Assembly: GCA_965204535.1 (NCBI GenBank)
Contig: CBDBEV010000001.1
Span: 384,001 to 448,000 of the forward strand
DNA from: a bacterium
GTDB lineage: Bacteria; UBA8248
DNA: 64,000 nt
Direction of reading: 5' to 3'
In this document: positions 18,286-28,995 of the stretch, piece after piece
Layout of the letters: the number at the start of each line of letters is the position of its first letter
How positions within the stretch are numbered: position 1 is the first letter of the stretch
The notes under the pieces: generated by a model
Told to the model about the DNA's origin: nothing
Databases searched by the model: none
What the model saw: only the letters and a program-made list of their open reading frames with translations
Translations under genes and position numbers: made by a program

Positions 18286-19527
18286 TCATTTAAAGACACT
18301 AGCTAAAACATGGCGGATTTTTTGTGTTGTTTGACGAATGGGACCATTCGATGTCCCGTTCACGAGACCGCGGCGTCTCGTGGCGTTCGTTTTCATGGCG
18401 TAAATCACGAGGCCCACGGCGGTGGAGTACATGGGCCCGTTGACCATGTCCACCAGCCCGCCGATACCGCCGGGAACGCCCAGCCTCACCGGCAGCTGAA
18501 GCACGTTTTCGGCCAATTCATCGGCGCCCTCGATGATGCTCGCCCCGCCCGTGAGCACGACGCCGGCGGGCAGGAGATCCTCCATGCCGCTTTTCTGGAT
18601 CTCGCGGCGGATGAGCGTCAATATCTCCTCCATCCGTGGTTCGATGATCTCGGCGAGCATCTGCCGGCTCAACACGCGCGGCGGACGGCCCCCGACGCTG
18701 GGCACTTCGATCTCCTCATCGCTCGACACCCGGGCGGCCAGGGCGCAGCCGTGTTCCTGCTTGATTCTCTCGGCCTGGTAGTCCGGCGTACGCAACCCTA
18801 TCGCCATATCCCTCGTAATGTGGCTGCCGCCCACGGGAATGACGGCCGAATAGCGCAGCGCGCCCCCGCTGATGACTGCGACGTCCGCCGTGCCGCTCCC
18901 GATATCCACGACGGCCACGCCCAGATCGCGCTCATCATCGCTCAGCGCGGCCAGCGAGGAAGCGAAAGGCTGAAGCACCAGGCGCTCGACGTTCAGGCCC
19001 GCCCTCTCGACGCTGCGGGTGATGTTCTGGATCGCGGGAATCGCACCCGTCACGACGTGGACCTTGCACTCCAGGCGAACGCCCGCCATTCCGGCGGGCT
19101 CGGTGACGCCCTCCTGATCGTCGACGATATATTCTTGCGGCAGCACATGGATGATTTCGTGATCCGTCGGCATCGTGACCGCCCGCGCCTGCTCGACGAC
19201 GCGATCGATGTCCTCTTGCGCGACAATCTTGTTCTTGATGGCCACGATACCGTTGGTGTTGAAACTGCGGATGTGCCCCCCCGCCACACCGACGAATGCG
19301 GAGCGAATGGGCGAGCCGCTGATGAACTCCGCCTCTCCCACCGCCGTTTGAACCGACTCCACCGTCTGATCGATGTTCACCACCGAACCCCGGTTGAGCC
19401 CTTTCGAGGGGGTTTTTCCCAAACCTACGATTTCCAGAGAGCCGTCCTCGTTCACTTCGGCCACGACCACACAGATTTTCGAGGTGCCGATGTCCAGACC
19501 CACCAGCACATCGCCATGTTTGCTCAT
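18286..19527 (-). CDS. ftsA: Cell division protein FtsA
   Basis: [22 protein letters not shown]. Confidence 0.97.
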   Translation of the reverse strand: MSKHGDVLVGLDIGTSKICVVVAEVNEDGSLEIVGLGKTPSKGLNRGSVVNIDQTVESVQTAVGEAEFISGSPIRSAFVGVAGGHIRSFNTNGIVAIKNKIVAQEDIDRVVEQARAVTMPTDHEIIHVLPQEYIVDDQEGVTEPAGMAGVRLECKVHVVTGAIPAIQNITRSVERAGLNVERLVLQPFASSLAALSDDERDLGVAVVDIGSGTADVAVISGGALRYSAVIPVGGSHITRDMAIGLRTPDYQAERIKQEHGCALAARVSSDEEIEVPSVGGRPPRVLSRQMLAEIIEPRMEEILTLIRREIQKSGMEDLLPAGVVLTGGASIIEGADELAENVLQLPVRLGVPGGIGGLVDMVNGPMYSTAVGLVIYAMKTNATRRRGLVNGTSNGPIRQTTQKIRHVLASVFK

Positions 19528-20438
19528 CCTATCCTCCCTCCATCCTTTGCGAGCGGCCGAACGATAACCCTGCCGGGAAATCTGAGATCAAACTGCAGGC
19601 CGCCCGCTCCAAATTTCTCATGGCGGAGAACGTCATCCGCAACGGCCCGGAGCCGACCGGCCTGACTCTCCATCCTCTCTTCACTGACCATAAGTTCCAC
19701 TTTTCCCTCCAGGGCGCGAAGCCGGAGTTGACCCGAGCCTGTGTTTCGGACGGAAATGCACTCGCCGCGAATCACGGGAGAATCCTGGAATAAAAAGACC
19801 GCCTCTATGGAGCGCGCCAGACGCGGGTCGCGAACCACGTCGCCCGGGCGCCAACGACGCGGGCCGAATCCCTCGACCATGGGCAGGCATCCCGCGAGCG
19901 GCGTCATAGACTTACCGAGCACGACGCCGTCTTCATCCACCACGAAGGCTTCACCGCCGATGATGAGAGCCGCGGGTTTGCGCTCGAGGATATCGACCTC
20001 AAGAAAATGGGGCGGACGCATGCGCACGCTCGCGCTTTTTATCCATGGATGAGAGGCCACGCGCTCGCGAACGGCCGCCAAATCGGCTTCGAATATGTTC
20101 GTCCCTGGCTCGATCTCCAGGAGCTTTTTGATATCCGCGGCCCGGAGTGTCCGGTGTCCCGTCACCACCACCTTGCTCAACTCGAAATGGCTGCTGCTCC
20201 TCGCCCACCGGACCGCATGCCCGCCCAGGAGAAGCACCTCCACGAAAACCAAAAAACCGATTGCAGGCCATATCCAGTTTCCGCCCCTTCTTTCTTTTCT
20301 GCCTCGCCTGACTCTTTTCTTGCCGCCTCGCTTGACGCTTTTTCGGACGATTCCGGGATGTTCGGCCGTTTGGGCGAGGTTCAGGAAGACTTCCCGGCCC
20401 TCGGCTTTCCCTCTCCACCTGAACGATAAACGCCTCAC
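19524..20438 (-). CDS. ftsQ: Cell division protein FtsQ/DivIB
   Basis: Basic N-terminus, one TM helix, POTRA domain (HPWIKSASVR..P..L), C-terminal DLRF. GTG start overlapping the murB stop is inferred. Confidence 0.85.
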   Translation of the reverse strand: MRRLSFRWRGKAEGREVFLNLAQTAEHPGIVRKSVKRGGKKRVRRGRKERRGGNWIWPAIGFLVFVEVLLLGGHAVRWARSSSHFELSKVVVTGHRTLRAADIKKLLEIEPGTNIFEADLAAVRERVASHPWIKSASVRMRPPHFLEVDILERKPAALIIGGEAFVVDEDGVVLGKSMTPLAGCLPMVEGFGPRRWRPGDVVRDPRLARSIEAVFLFQDSPVIRGECISVRNTGSGQLRLRALEGKVELMVSEERMESQAGRLRAVADDVLRHEKFGAGGLQFDLRFPGRVIVRPLAKDGGRIG

Positions 20439-21388
20439 GCCGGGTCCTCCCCGGTGACGTTCAACTCCAGGGCCAACTCGACGCCCTTTTCCTCCAGAAT
20501 CGTTCTTTTCACTTTGTCGATGAGCGCCAAAACGTCCGCCGCAGTAGCCCCACCGAGATTCACCATGAAATTCCCGTGCACCTCGCTTACCTGCGCGCCG
20601 CCGACGCGCATCCCCTTGAGGCCCGCCGATTCGATGAGCACGCCCGCGCGCTCGCCGGGCGGATTCTTGAATATGGAACCCGCACAGGGCACCCCCCATG
20701 GCTGGCGCTCCCGCCTTTGGACGGCGCTTCGTCTCAATTGCTCCCTCAACGCACCGGCGTCCGCCGGCCGGAGCGAGAAGCGAACGGACAACACCACGCC
20801 CGGGGCCGGCAACTCGGCGCGCCGGTACGAGAAACGCAATTCCTTCGCAGGGAGCCACTCGGGAACACCCCCATCCAGGGGCATCCAGCGAACGCTTTCC
20901 ACGGCGTCTTCGATGTATGATTCGGCTGTGCCCGCGTTCATGGCCAGCGCTCCTCCCACCGTACCGGGAACCCCCGCCAGACATTCCGTTCCCGCCCAGC
21001 CGCGCTCGGCGGCGAAGCGCACCAGCGTCGGAATCTTCTCCCCCGCGCGGGCTTCCAGCAGTACGCGCTCCCTGCTCTCCTCGACCACTTCGATTCCCCT
21101 GAAAGCCCTGGGGAAAGCGACCACCACCCCGCGAACGCCTCCGTCGCGCACCAGGGTGTTAGCGCCGCCGCCCAGAATCGTCACCGGCAACGCCTCGCTC
21201 CGGCATCTCTCGATCAACTCCACCAGTTCGTCTTCCGTCTCGGGCAGAGCGAGGGCGTCCGCCGGGCCGCCCACCTGAAACGTGGTGTATGGCGCCAGCA
21301 TTTCATCGAAAAGAATCTCGCAATCGAGATATCTCAGCTTTTCCGCCATCTCCAGCGTCATGACTTCCTCCGCCGCCCCGATGCTCAT
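20435..21388 (-). CDS. murB: UDP-N-acetylmuramate dehydrogenase
   Basis: TTFQVGGPA, GTVGGALAMNAG, FSYR, GSIFKNP, HGNF. Confidence 0.96.
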   Translation of the reverse strand: MSIGAAEEVMTLEMAEKLRYLDCEILFDEMLAPYTTFQVGGPADALALPETEDELVELIERCRSEALPVTILGGGANTLVRDGGVRGVVVAFPRAFRGIEVVEESRERVLLEARAGEKIPTLVRFAAERGWAGTECLAGVPGTVGGALAMNAGTAESYIEDAVESVRWMPLDGGVPEWLPAKELRFSYRRAELPAPGVVLSVRFSLRPADAGALREQLRRSAVQRRERQPWGVPCAGSIFKNPPGERAGVLIESAGLKGMRVGGAQVSEVHGNFMVNLGGATAADVLALIDKVKRTILEEKGVELALELNVTGEDPA

Positions 21389-22815
21389 ACCGCTTCCTCT
21401 GATTCGCGGGCTCTGCGCTCGAGTCTTCCGAGCAACTCCCGGCCCGCCTCCCAGACGTCGCCCGCGCCGAGCGTGAGAACGATGTCGCCACCGCGCACCT
21501 CCTCGAACAAACGATCCGAGGCATCCTCCAGGCCATCCACCACATCGCAGCTTCTATGGCCATGTGCCCGGATGCCCTCTGCGAGTCTTTCCGAGTTCAC
21601 CCCCTCGATGGGCGCCTCGCCGGCGGCGTATATGGGCGCGACGATCACCCTGTCGGCATCGTAAAAAGCGGTGTGGAAGGCCTCTTCGAGATGATGCGTT
21701 CTCGTAAAGCGATGCGGCTGAAACAACACCACCAGGCGGTTCTCCGGCCAGGCTTCGCGAACGGCGCGGAGCGTGACCTTGATCTCTTGCGGGTGGTGCC
21801 CGTAGTCATCGAAGATCGTGACGCCCGACGCCTCTCCGATCCGCTCGAGGCGCCGGCCAATGCCGTCGAACTCGTGGAGGCCTCTTTGGATGTCCGCAAA
21901 GGGTACGTCGAGCTCCATCGAGACGGCGGCGGCGGCCAGGGCGTTGTCCGCGTTGTGGCGTCCGGGCATGAGGAGGCGAATCTCGCCGAGGCGTTCTCCG
22001 TGTCTTTTGACGCCGAAGACCGCCTGGCCGTTTTCGTAGCGGAATTCCTCGCCCACATAATCCGCCTGGGTGCCGAACCCATAGGTGAAGAATTGCTTTT
22101 CCACGCGGGGGATGATCTCCTGAACAGCGGGGTGATCCAGGCACAACACCGAAAAGCCATAAAAAGGAACCTTGTTCACGAACTCCAGGAACGCGGTCTT
22201 GATGGCGTCGTAATTCTCATAGAAATCGAGATGCTCCTCGTCGATGTTCGTCACGATCGCTATCGTGGGCGTGAGCCTCAGGAACGTGCCGTCACTCTCA
22301 TCGGCCTCCGCCACCAGATATTCGCCCCCACCCATTCTCGCGTTCGAGCCCAGGGCGTTGATGCGTCCGCCCACGACGACCGTGGGGTCGAGTCCGCCTG
22401 CCGCCAAGGCCGCCGCGATGAACGACGTGGTGGTCGTCTTGCCGTGCGTCCCCGCGACGCCGATGCTGTATTTCATGCGCATGAGTTCGGACAACATCTC
22501 CGCGCGCTTGATGACGGGGATTTTCCGCCGTCTCGCTTCGGCGACTTCCACGTTGTCGCCCGTAACCGCCGAGCTGTAGACCAGAACGTCCACTCCCGCC
22601 ACATTTTCCTTCCTGTGCCCGAGGACCACCTTCGCGCCCAGCCCGCGCAGCCTGAATATCGCCTCGTTGCTCGCGATGTCCGAGCCGCTGATCTCATAGC
22701 CCAGGTTCAGCAAGACCTCGGCGATGCCGCACATGCCCGTCCCGCCGATGCCCACGAAATGAACGCGGCTCGAGTGCCTGAACATGGCGTGCGTGGCGTA
22801 TGGTCGCGCTATCAC
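21385..22815 (-). CDS. murC: UDP-N-acetylmuramate--L-alanine ligase
   Basis: HFVGIGGTGM, GTHGKTTT, EADESDG, DDYGHHP, FQPHRFTRT. Confidence 0.97.
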   Translation of the reverse strand: MIARPYATHAMFRHSSRVHFVGIGGTGMCGIAEVLLNLGYEISGSDIASNEAIFRLRGLGAKVVLGHRKENVAGVDVLVYSSAVTGDNVEVAEARRRKIPVIKRAEMLSELMRMKYSIGVAGTHGKTTTTSFIAAALAAGGLDPTVVVGGRINALGSNARMGGGEYLVAEADESDGTFLRLTPTIAIVTNIDEEHLDFYENYDAIKTAFLEFVNKVPFYGFSVLCLDHPAVQEIIPRVEKQFFTYGFGTQADYVGEEFRYENGQAVFGVKRHGERLGEIRLLMPGRHNADNALAAAAVSMELDVPFADIQRGLHEFDGIGRRLERIGEASGVTIFDDYGHHPQEIKVTLRAVREAWPENRLVVLFQPHRFTRTHHLEEAFHTAFYDADRVIVAPIYAAGEAPIEGVNSERLAEGIRAHGHRSCDVVDGLEDASDRLFEEVRGGDIVLTLGAGDVWEAGRELLGRLERRARESEEAV

Positions 22816-22834
22816 TCTCGGGCTCCTTTCCTCA

Positions 22835-23920
22835 TCACGCCGCCATCGCCTCCTGACGGCACAAGGCGGCCACCGCTTCGGAGGCGTTCGCGCGGGCCAG
22901 GGATTTCGTGCGCTCCGACATGGAGACGAGCTTTCCGCGCTCCGCCTCGTATTCGAGCCAGATATCCGCCAGAACCCGGCCGCTCAAGTCTTCTTGAAGT
23001 ATCATCCGCGCCGCCTCGCGTTCGGCGAGATAGCGGGCGTTCGCCTCCTGATGCCCGTGGGTGGCGCTTGGAAACGGAATCAATACGGCCGGGAGGGACA
23101 TGGCGGACAATTCCGCCACGCTCATCGCGCCCGCGCGCGAGAAACACACCTGCGCCCAGCGATAGCGCTCCGCCATGTCGTAGAGATAAGGCGCCACGTG
23201 CGCCTGCGCGCCGACTTCTTGATAAGCCGCCTGCACGCGGGTGAAGTCCGCCTCTCCCGTCTGGTGAACGAACCGCATTCTTTCGAGCGCATCGCCCATG
23301 AGGGGCAGCGCCTCCATCACCGCTTCGTTGATGGCCCGCGCTCCCTGGCTCCCGCCGAATACGAGTACCTTCAAAGGCCCGTTCCAGGAATCCTCCCCTC
23401 GTTCGAAACTTTCTGAAAACTCGCCTCTTAGCGGCAGACCCGTCTCGACGATTTTCCCGCGCGCGAAACCGGCGTCGCGTACGGGCAGGCCCACGGCGAC
23501 TTTAGAAGCAAAGCGCGAGAGCATGCGGTTCGCCAAGCCGGGAACGACGTTTTGCTCGATCAGGACAACCGGTTTTCTCCAAAGTCCCGCCGCTACGACC
23601 GAGGGAACGCTGGAATAGCCCCCGACTCCCAAAACGACATGGGGGTGAAAGCGCCTCAGGATTCCCATCGCCTGGCAGAATCCATAACTCACCTTGACCA
23701 TCGCCCTGGCCCTCTGGCCGACCGATCGTCCCAGAACGCCGGCGGAGGAAATCGCCTGAAACGGCAGGTTCTCACGAGACAGCACCCTGGCCTCGACCCC
23801 GCGTTCGGTGCCCACGAACAAAACCTCGTTCGCCTCCCCGTCCGCCAGCCAAACCCTGGCCACCGCAATGCCCGGATACAGATGTCCACCCGTGCCTCCG
23901 CCCGCTACGAGGAGTCTCAT
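22835..23920 (-). CDS. murG: Undecaprenyl-PP-MurNAc-pentapeptide GlcNAc transferase
   Basis: AGGGTGGHLYP, EQN, GGSQGA, RAGA, HQEANA. Confidence 0.97.
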   Translation of the reverse strand: MRLLVAGGGTGGHLYPGIAVARVWLADGEANEVLFVGTERGVEARVLSRENLPFQAISSAGVLGRSVGQRARAMVKVSYGFCQAMGILRRFHPHVVLGVGGYSSVPSVVAAGLWRKPVVLIEQNVVPGLANRMLSRFASKVAVGLPVRDAGFARGKIVETGLPLRGEFSESFERGEDSWNGPLKVLVFGGSQGARAINEAVMEALPLMGDALERMRFVHQTGEADFTRVQAAYQEVGAQAHVAPYLYDMAERYRWAQVCFSRAGAMSVAELSAMSLPAVLIPFPSATHGHQEANARYLAEREAARMILQEDLSGRVLADIWLEYEAERGKLVSMSERTKSLARANASEAVAALCRQEAMAA

Positions 23921-25104
23921 GAGCGCGTCCTCCTGCGGAGGATCGGCCTGCGTGCGCGTGAAATCCACCCCGCCGCCGCGTCGAGCGGACTCCCCGGCCC
24001 GGCTTGCCTGGAAGCGTGATGCGACGATTCGATGGAAATCAGCAACCCGAGAGAGATGAGCGTAAACACCAGAGACGAGCCGCCCAGACTGATCAGGGGC
24101 AGTGGTATGCCCGTTGTGGGCAGAAGACCCGCCGCCACTGCCATGTTCAAAAAACCCTGCGCGACAACCAGAAAAGTCACGCCCGCCGCCAACAGGGCGC
24201 TGAAGAAATCCTCGCAGCGCGCAGCGATCTGGAAGCCGCGCCAAAGCAGAACCACGAACGCCGCCGCGACGCACAGAGCGCCGATGAGGCCCAACTCCTC
24301 ACCCACGACCGCGTAGATGAAATCCGTGTGGGGTTCGGGCAGATAGAAGAGTTTTTGCTTGCCCTCGCCCAGACCGAGACCCGCCAGACCGCCTCGCGCG
24401 ATGGCCAGCAGAGACTGAATGAGTTGATAGCCTGCGCCTTTCGCTGCGGCGAAGGGATCCCAAAAAGCGAATATCCGCTTCATGCGCCAGGGTGCGAAGA
24501 CCACCATACCCGCCAGGACGAACCCCGTCGCCAGTGCGCAAATTCTCAAGTGGGAGGGCCGAGCGCCCGCCAGATACAACAAAACGCCGACGACCGCGGC
24601 GGTCAGGGTGGCCGTGCCCAAATCCGGCTGAATCAGCATGAGACCCAGAATGATTCCCGCGAACCCGACAGGCGGCAGAAAACCGAAAAGCCCATGATTC
24701 AGGCGATCGCCCTTGAGCGCCAAGAAGTGCGCGAGAAAAATCACCAACCCCAGTTTTGCGGCTTCGGCCGGCTGAAAAGAGAAGGGGCCCAGCATCAGCC
24801 ACCGGCGCGCGCCGCCCGCTTCTTTTCCGATGCCCGGCGCAAACACCATCAAAAGCGCAAGAACCGAGGCTATCAACAAGGGAAATGCGATCTTGCGGAG
24901 GCGCCGGGGGTCCGTTTGGGAAACGGCCAACATGCAGGCGAAGCCGAGGACAGCCCATAATACGTGGCGTTTCACAAAGTAGAACGCATCGCCGTACCTG
25001 TCCAACGCGAGAATATGGCTTGCGCTGAACACCATGACAACGCCGAAAGCCACCAGCCCCAGCGAGATGAAGAAGATGACGGGGTCGATTCGTTTATGGA
25101 TCAA
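23917..25104 (-). CDS. ftsW: SEDS peptidoglycan glycosyltransferase FtsW
   Basis: GARRW, QPAE, QPDLG, LPEPHTDFI, GEELG, P-x-x-S-x-GGSS. Confidence 0.95.
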   Translation of the reverse strand: MIHKRIDPVIFFISLGLVAFGVVMVFSASHILALDRYGDAFYFVKRHVLWAVLGFACMLAVSQTDPRRLRKIAFPLLIASVLALLMVFAPGIGKEAGGARRWLMLGPFSFQPAEAAKLGLVIFLAHFLALKGDRLNHGLFGFLPPVGFAGIILGLMLIQPDLGTATLTAAVVGVLLYLAGARPSHLRICALATGFVLAGMVVFAPWRMKRIFAFWDPFAAAKGAGYQLIQSLLAIARGGLAGLGLGEGKQKLFYLPEPHTDFIYAVVGEELGLIGALCVAAAFVVLLWRGFQIAARCEDFFSALLAAGVTFLVVAQGFLNMAVAAGLLPTTGIPLPLISLGGSSLVFTLISLGLLISIESSHHASRQAGPGSPLDAAAGWISRARRPILRRRTRS

Positions 25105-26498
25105 TGCTCATCCCTCCCCGTCAATTCCCGGACCATTCGGCGGAAGGCGTCGCCCCGGTGGGCGTAATCCCGAAACTGATCGAAGCTCGAACAGGCGGGC
25201 GATAGGAGAACCGTATCGCCCGCCCGCGCCTCCTCGTGTGCGATTCGAACGGCTTCATCCAGCGTCTTCGCGTATACGAGGGGAGCGCATCCATCGAAAA
25301 AACGCCCAAAACGCTCCGCCGCCTCGCCGATGAGAATCATGCGCCGGACCTTCTTCTCCACCTCGGCGCGCATGGGCGCGAGGTCGCTCCCCTTGTCCAC
25401 GCCCCCGGCGATGAGAAGCACGTCTCCCGCCACACTCTCCAGGCTCATCGCCGTGGCGCCCACGTTCGTCCCCTTCGAATCGTTCACCCAGCGAACGCCC
25501 CCCGCCTCGCCGACGACCTCCATGCGGTGGGGCAGGCCCTCGAAACCGCGCGCCACGCGCGCCATCGCCGCCACGTCCGCACCCAGGAAATGCGCCGCCG
25601 CGCATGCGGCCAGAAAATTCTCGAGGTTGTGGAGGCCGGGAATCAGGAGTTCGCTCGCGCCGCAAACGCGGGTGGAGCCGGCCTCCTCGGCCAAAAACAC
25701 ATCGCCCCCCTCTACAAACGCGCCCCGGCGCACACGTTCTTTCCGGCTGAACGCCAGGACGCTCTGCGGGCCGGGGGTCATGTAGCGCGCCGTCAGGGGG
25801 TCGTCCGCGTTGAGAACCTTGGCGTCCCCCTCCCCCTGGTTGGCGAACAGCCTCGCCTTGAGGTCCGCGTACGCATCGATATCCGGATGCCGATCCAGAT
25901 GATCGGGCGTTACGTTGGTCATCACGCCCACTTTCGGCTTGATCGTGGGCGCCCATTCGAGTTGAAAGCTGCTCACCTCGCTGACGATGAAATCGGCCTC
26001 ATCGCCTTGGGCTTCGACCACCTCGACGAGGGCTCTTCCGATGTTTCCGCCCACCGGCGCGCAAAAACCGCTTTCCTCCAGAATTCGCCCGAGCATCGTG
26101 GTGACCGTCGTCTTCCCGTTCGTTCCGGTGACGGCGGCGATGGGTGCGGAACAAAGCCGACAGGCCAATTCCACCTCGCCGATCATTTCGGCGCCCGACG
26201 CTTTCGCCAGGGCGATGTAGCGGTTCGTCGCGGGAATCCCCGGACTCACCACCAGCAGGTCGCACTCCTCGAAACGCGCCTCGCTATGGCCGCCGAGTTC
26301 GAGAACCACGCCCGGAGGCAAGCGCTCGCTCAGACCTGGAACCTCTTCCAGATCCGTGGCCACCACCTTCGCGCCCAGGCGCGCAAGCGCCCCCGCCGCG
26401 GCAATCCCGCTCCTCGCCATTCCCATGACGAGCGCTCGCCGTGCGGGCAGCGCTTCTATCCACGCCGTGGCCTTGTTGTCCAAAACAAGATTCCTCAT
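25101..26498 (-). CDS. murD: UDP-MurNAc-L-Ala--D-Glu ligase
   Basis: SPGIP, TGTNGKTT, EVSSFQL, DHLDRH, NDSKGTN, LSPACSSFDQF. Confidence 0.97.
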   Translation of the reverse strand: MRNLVLDNKATAWIEALPARRALVMGMARSGIAAAGALARLGAKVVATDLEEVPGLSERLPPGVVLELGGHSEARFEECDLLVVSPGIPATNRYIALAKASGAEMIGEVELACRLCSAPIAAVTGTNGKTTVTTMLGRILEESGFCAPVGGNIGRALVEVVEAQGDEADFIVSEVSSFQLEWAPTIKPKVGVMTNVTPDHLDRHPDIDAYADLKARLFANQGEGDAKVLNADDPLTARYMTPGPQSVLAFSRKERVRRGAFVEGGDVFLAEEAGSTRVCGASELLIPGLHNLENFLAACAAAHFLGADVAAMARVARGFEGLPHRMEVVGEAGGVRWVNDSKGTNVGATAMSLESVAGDVLLIAGGVDKGSDLAPMRAEVEKKVRRMILIGEAAERFGRFFDGCAPLVYAKTLDEAVRIAHEEARAGDTVLLSPACSSFDQFRDYAHRGDAFRRMVRELTGRDEH

Positions 26499-27580
26499 CT
26501 CAGCTTCAGCGTCGCCAAACTCATCAGGGCCAAAACGACCGCCACTATCCAGAAGCGAACCGTCACCTTGGGTTCGGACCAACCCTCTTCCTCGAAGTGG
26601 TGGTGCAGCGGCGCCATGCGGAACACGCGCCGTCCGGTGAGCTTGAAGGAGATCACCTGCACGATGACCGAGAGCGTCTCCAGGACGAACAAACCGCCCA
26701 CCAGGAACAGGAGGAGTTCCTGCTTGATCGCCAGCGCCACCGTGGCCAGCAGTGCGCCCAGTGAGAGCGCGCCCACGTCGCCCATGAACACCTGCGCCGG
26801 GTATGCGTTGAACCACAAGAATCCGAGCCCCGCGCCGAACATCGCCCCGCAGAGGATGGCCAGTTCTCCCGCGCCCCGAACGTGGAGGATCAGCAGATAT
26901 TTCGAGATGCCCGCATGTCCCGAGACATAGCTGAAAACGAGATAGGCGCCTGCCGCAATCAACAGCGGGCCGATGGCGAGACCGTCCAGACCGTCCGTGA
27001 GATTCACGGCGTTGCTCGTCGACACGACGACGAGTGCGGCATAGGGCACGAACCATATCCCGATGTCGGGTTGTACGTTCTTGAAAAAGGGGAACATGAC
27101 GACGGGCTTGAAATCCATCCCCACGAATCCGCTATAAAGGGCGTACCCCACGGCGAGACCGATAATCCCCTGAGCCAGAAACTTCATCGGGGGTCTCACG
27201 CCGTTTTTATCCTGGAGCACCACCTTCGTATAGTCATCCCAGAAACCCAGAAGACCGTAGGCGAGCAGAACGAAGAGGGAGAGCCAGATATAGCCGTTCG
27301 CCAAGTCGTTCCACAGCAGAACCGGCACCGCCACGCACAAGAGGATGAGAAGCCCTCCCATCGTCGGCGTTCCTTTTTTCGCCATGTGGGTCTGTGGCCC
27401 GTCGTCGCGGATGACCTCACCGATTTGACGCTCCTGGAGATAACGAATGAGGCGAGGCCCCAGCAACAGCGACATGACGAGGGCGGTGAGCACCGCCATC
27501 GCCGTCCTGAACGTGATGAAGCGAAACACGTTGAGCGCCGAGATCGTTTGACTCATCGAGATGAAAACGGAATAGAGCAT
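26495..27580 (-). CDS. mraY: Phospho-MurNAc-pentapeptide transferase
   Basis: KKGTPTMGG, DD, NAVNLTDGLDGL, FMGDVG, MAPLHHH. Confidence 0.98.
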   Translation of the reverse strand: MLYSVFISMSQTISALNVFRFITFRTAMAVLTALVMSLLLGPRLIRYLQERQIGEVIRDDGPQTHMAKKGTPTMGGLLILLCVAVPVLLWNDLANGYIWLSLFVLLAYGLLGFWDDYTKVVLQDKNGVRPPMKFLAQGIIGLAVGYALYSGFVGMDFKPVVMFPFFKNVQPDIGIWFVPYAALVVVSTSNAVNLTDGLDGLAIGPLLIAAGAYLVFSYVSGHAGISKYLLILHVRGAGELAILCGAMFGAGLGFLWFNAYPAQVFMGDVGALSLGALLATVALAIKQELLLFLVGGLFVLETLSVIVQVISFKLTGRRVFRMAPLHHHFEEEGWSEPKVTVRFWIVAVVLALMSLATLKLR

Positions 27581-28995
27581 CAGATTTCGAGTCCTTCGAT
27601 CACGCGCTCCATCATCATCGAACGCGACCCCTTCACCAAAACCCAGTCACCGGAGAGGAGCATATCGCCCAGCGAAGAAGCCGCCTGCTCCGGCGTGTCG
27701 AAATTCATAACCCGGGCGCCATCCATACCCGCGCGGCGCGCCTCATCGGACGCGAACCTCATCAGCGGCCCCACGCCCACGAACAAGCCCACGCCGCAGG
27801 CGGCCAGTTTCCGGCCCACTTCCCGGTGCGCACTTTCGGCGAGCGGCCCCAGTTCCGCCATGTCGCCGAGGACCGATATGAGCCGCCCACCGCCGCTGAG
27901 AGCGCTCGCCGTCTCCAGCGCCCGGGCGACGGAGGCGGGGTTCGCGTTGTAGGAATCATCCAGCAGATGGACGCCCCCACGTCCGGAAATCTCGCGCGCC
28001 TGGAACCGCATTTCGGGGAGAACGGCCCGCGAGAGTCCGTTGGCCATTTCATCCAGGGAGACGCCCAGCGCAGACGCGCAAGCCGCGGCGGCCAATGCGT
28101 TCAATACGTTATGACGCCCCAGCGCCTTGAGCCGAACCCCGCTCTCGCCGCCTGCGCAATGGAGTGTAAAGCGCGTCCCGTCGGCGGCGATGCGGATCTC
28201 ATCCGCCCAGAAGTCGCTTTGCGGCGAAAAGCCGAAGCGAATCACACGTCCGCCCGCCGCCTCGTGCCTCTCGGCCAGAACGCGGCTGTGAGGATCCTCG
28301 TTCGAGAGCACGGCAACGCCGCCCGGGGGTATCGCTTCGAGTATCTCGCCCTTCGCATCGCGCACCGCCTCCACGCTGCCCAGCCCTTCGATGTGCGCGG
28401 GCCCGACGTTCGTGATGACGGCGATTCGGGGCCGGGCGATCTCGGCGAGCCTCCTGATTTCACCGGCTTCGCTCATCCCCATCTCGAAGACGGCGTTCGC
28501 GTGCTCATCGCCCAGGCGGAAGACCTGATGCGGGAGACCCACCAGGTTGTTCAGGTTCCCCTGGCTCTTGCACGTTTCGCCTCCGGCGGAGAGCAGCGCC
28601 GCTATCATCTCCTTCGTCGTCGTCTTGCCGTTGCTGCCTGTTACGCCCGCCACGGGAATCTCGAAGCGGCTCCGGTGCGCGCGCGCCAGATCGCCCAGGG
28701 CTCTCAGCGTGTCCGCCACCTCGACGACGAAAACCGCATCCCCATCCGACACATCTGCGCCTTGCTCCACGACGACCCCCGCCGCTTTTTTTTCCATCGC
28801 CTGGGCGAGGAACTGCGCCCCATCGAAGTTGGGGCCCTTGAGCGCAATGAACAGTTCTCCCGCTTCCAGCGTGCGCGTGTCCGTGCTCACACCGGCGGCG
28901 TGGGCGGAGCCGTCCCCGCGAACCAGACGCCCTTCCACGGCCGCCGCGATTTCATCTGCGCTGAAAACAGCCGTCATCGATTCCGCCCTTATCAT
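27580..28995 (-). CDS. murF: UDP-MurNAc-tripeptide--D-Ala-D-Ala ligase
   Basis: TGSNGKTTTKEM, NNLVGLP, DDSYNANP, GDMAELG, VKGSR. Confidence 0.97.
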   Translation of the reverse strand: MIRAESMTAVFSADEIAAAVEGRLVRGDGSAHAAGVSTDTRTLEAGELFIALKGPNFDGAQFLAQAMEKKAAGVVVEQGADVSDGDAVFVVEVADTLRALGDLARAHRSRFEIPVAGVTGSNGKTTTKEMIAALLSAGGETCKSQGNLNNLVGLPHQVFRLGDEHANAVFEMGMSEAGEIRRLAEIARPRIAVITNVGPAHIEGLGSVEAVRDAKGEILEAIPPGGVAVLSNEDPHSRVLAERHEAAGGRVIRFGFSPQSDFWADEIRIAADGTRFTLHCAGGESGVRLKALGRHNVLNALAAAACASALGVSLDEMANGLSRAVLPEMRFQAREISGRGGVHLLDDSYNANPASVARALETASALSGGGRLISVLGDMAELGPLAESAHREVGRKLAACGVGLFVGVGPLMRFASDEARRAGMDGARVMNFDTPEQAASSLGDMLLSGDWVLVKGSRSMMMERVIEGLEI

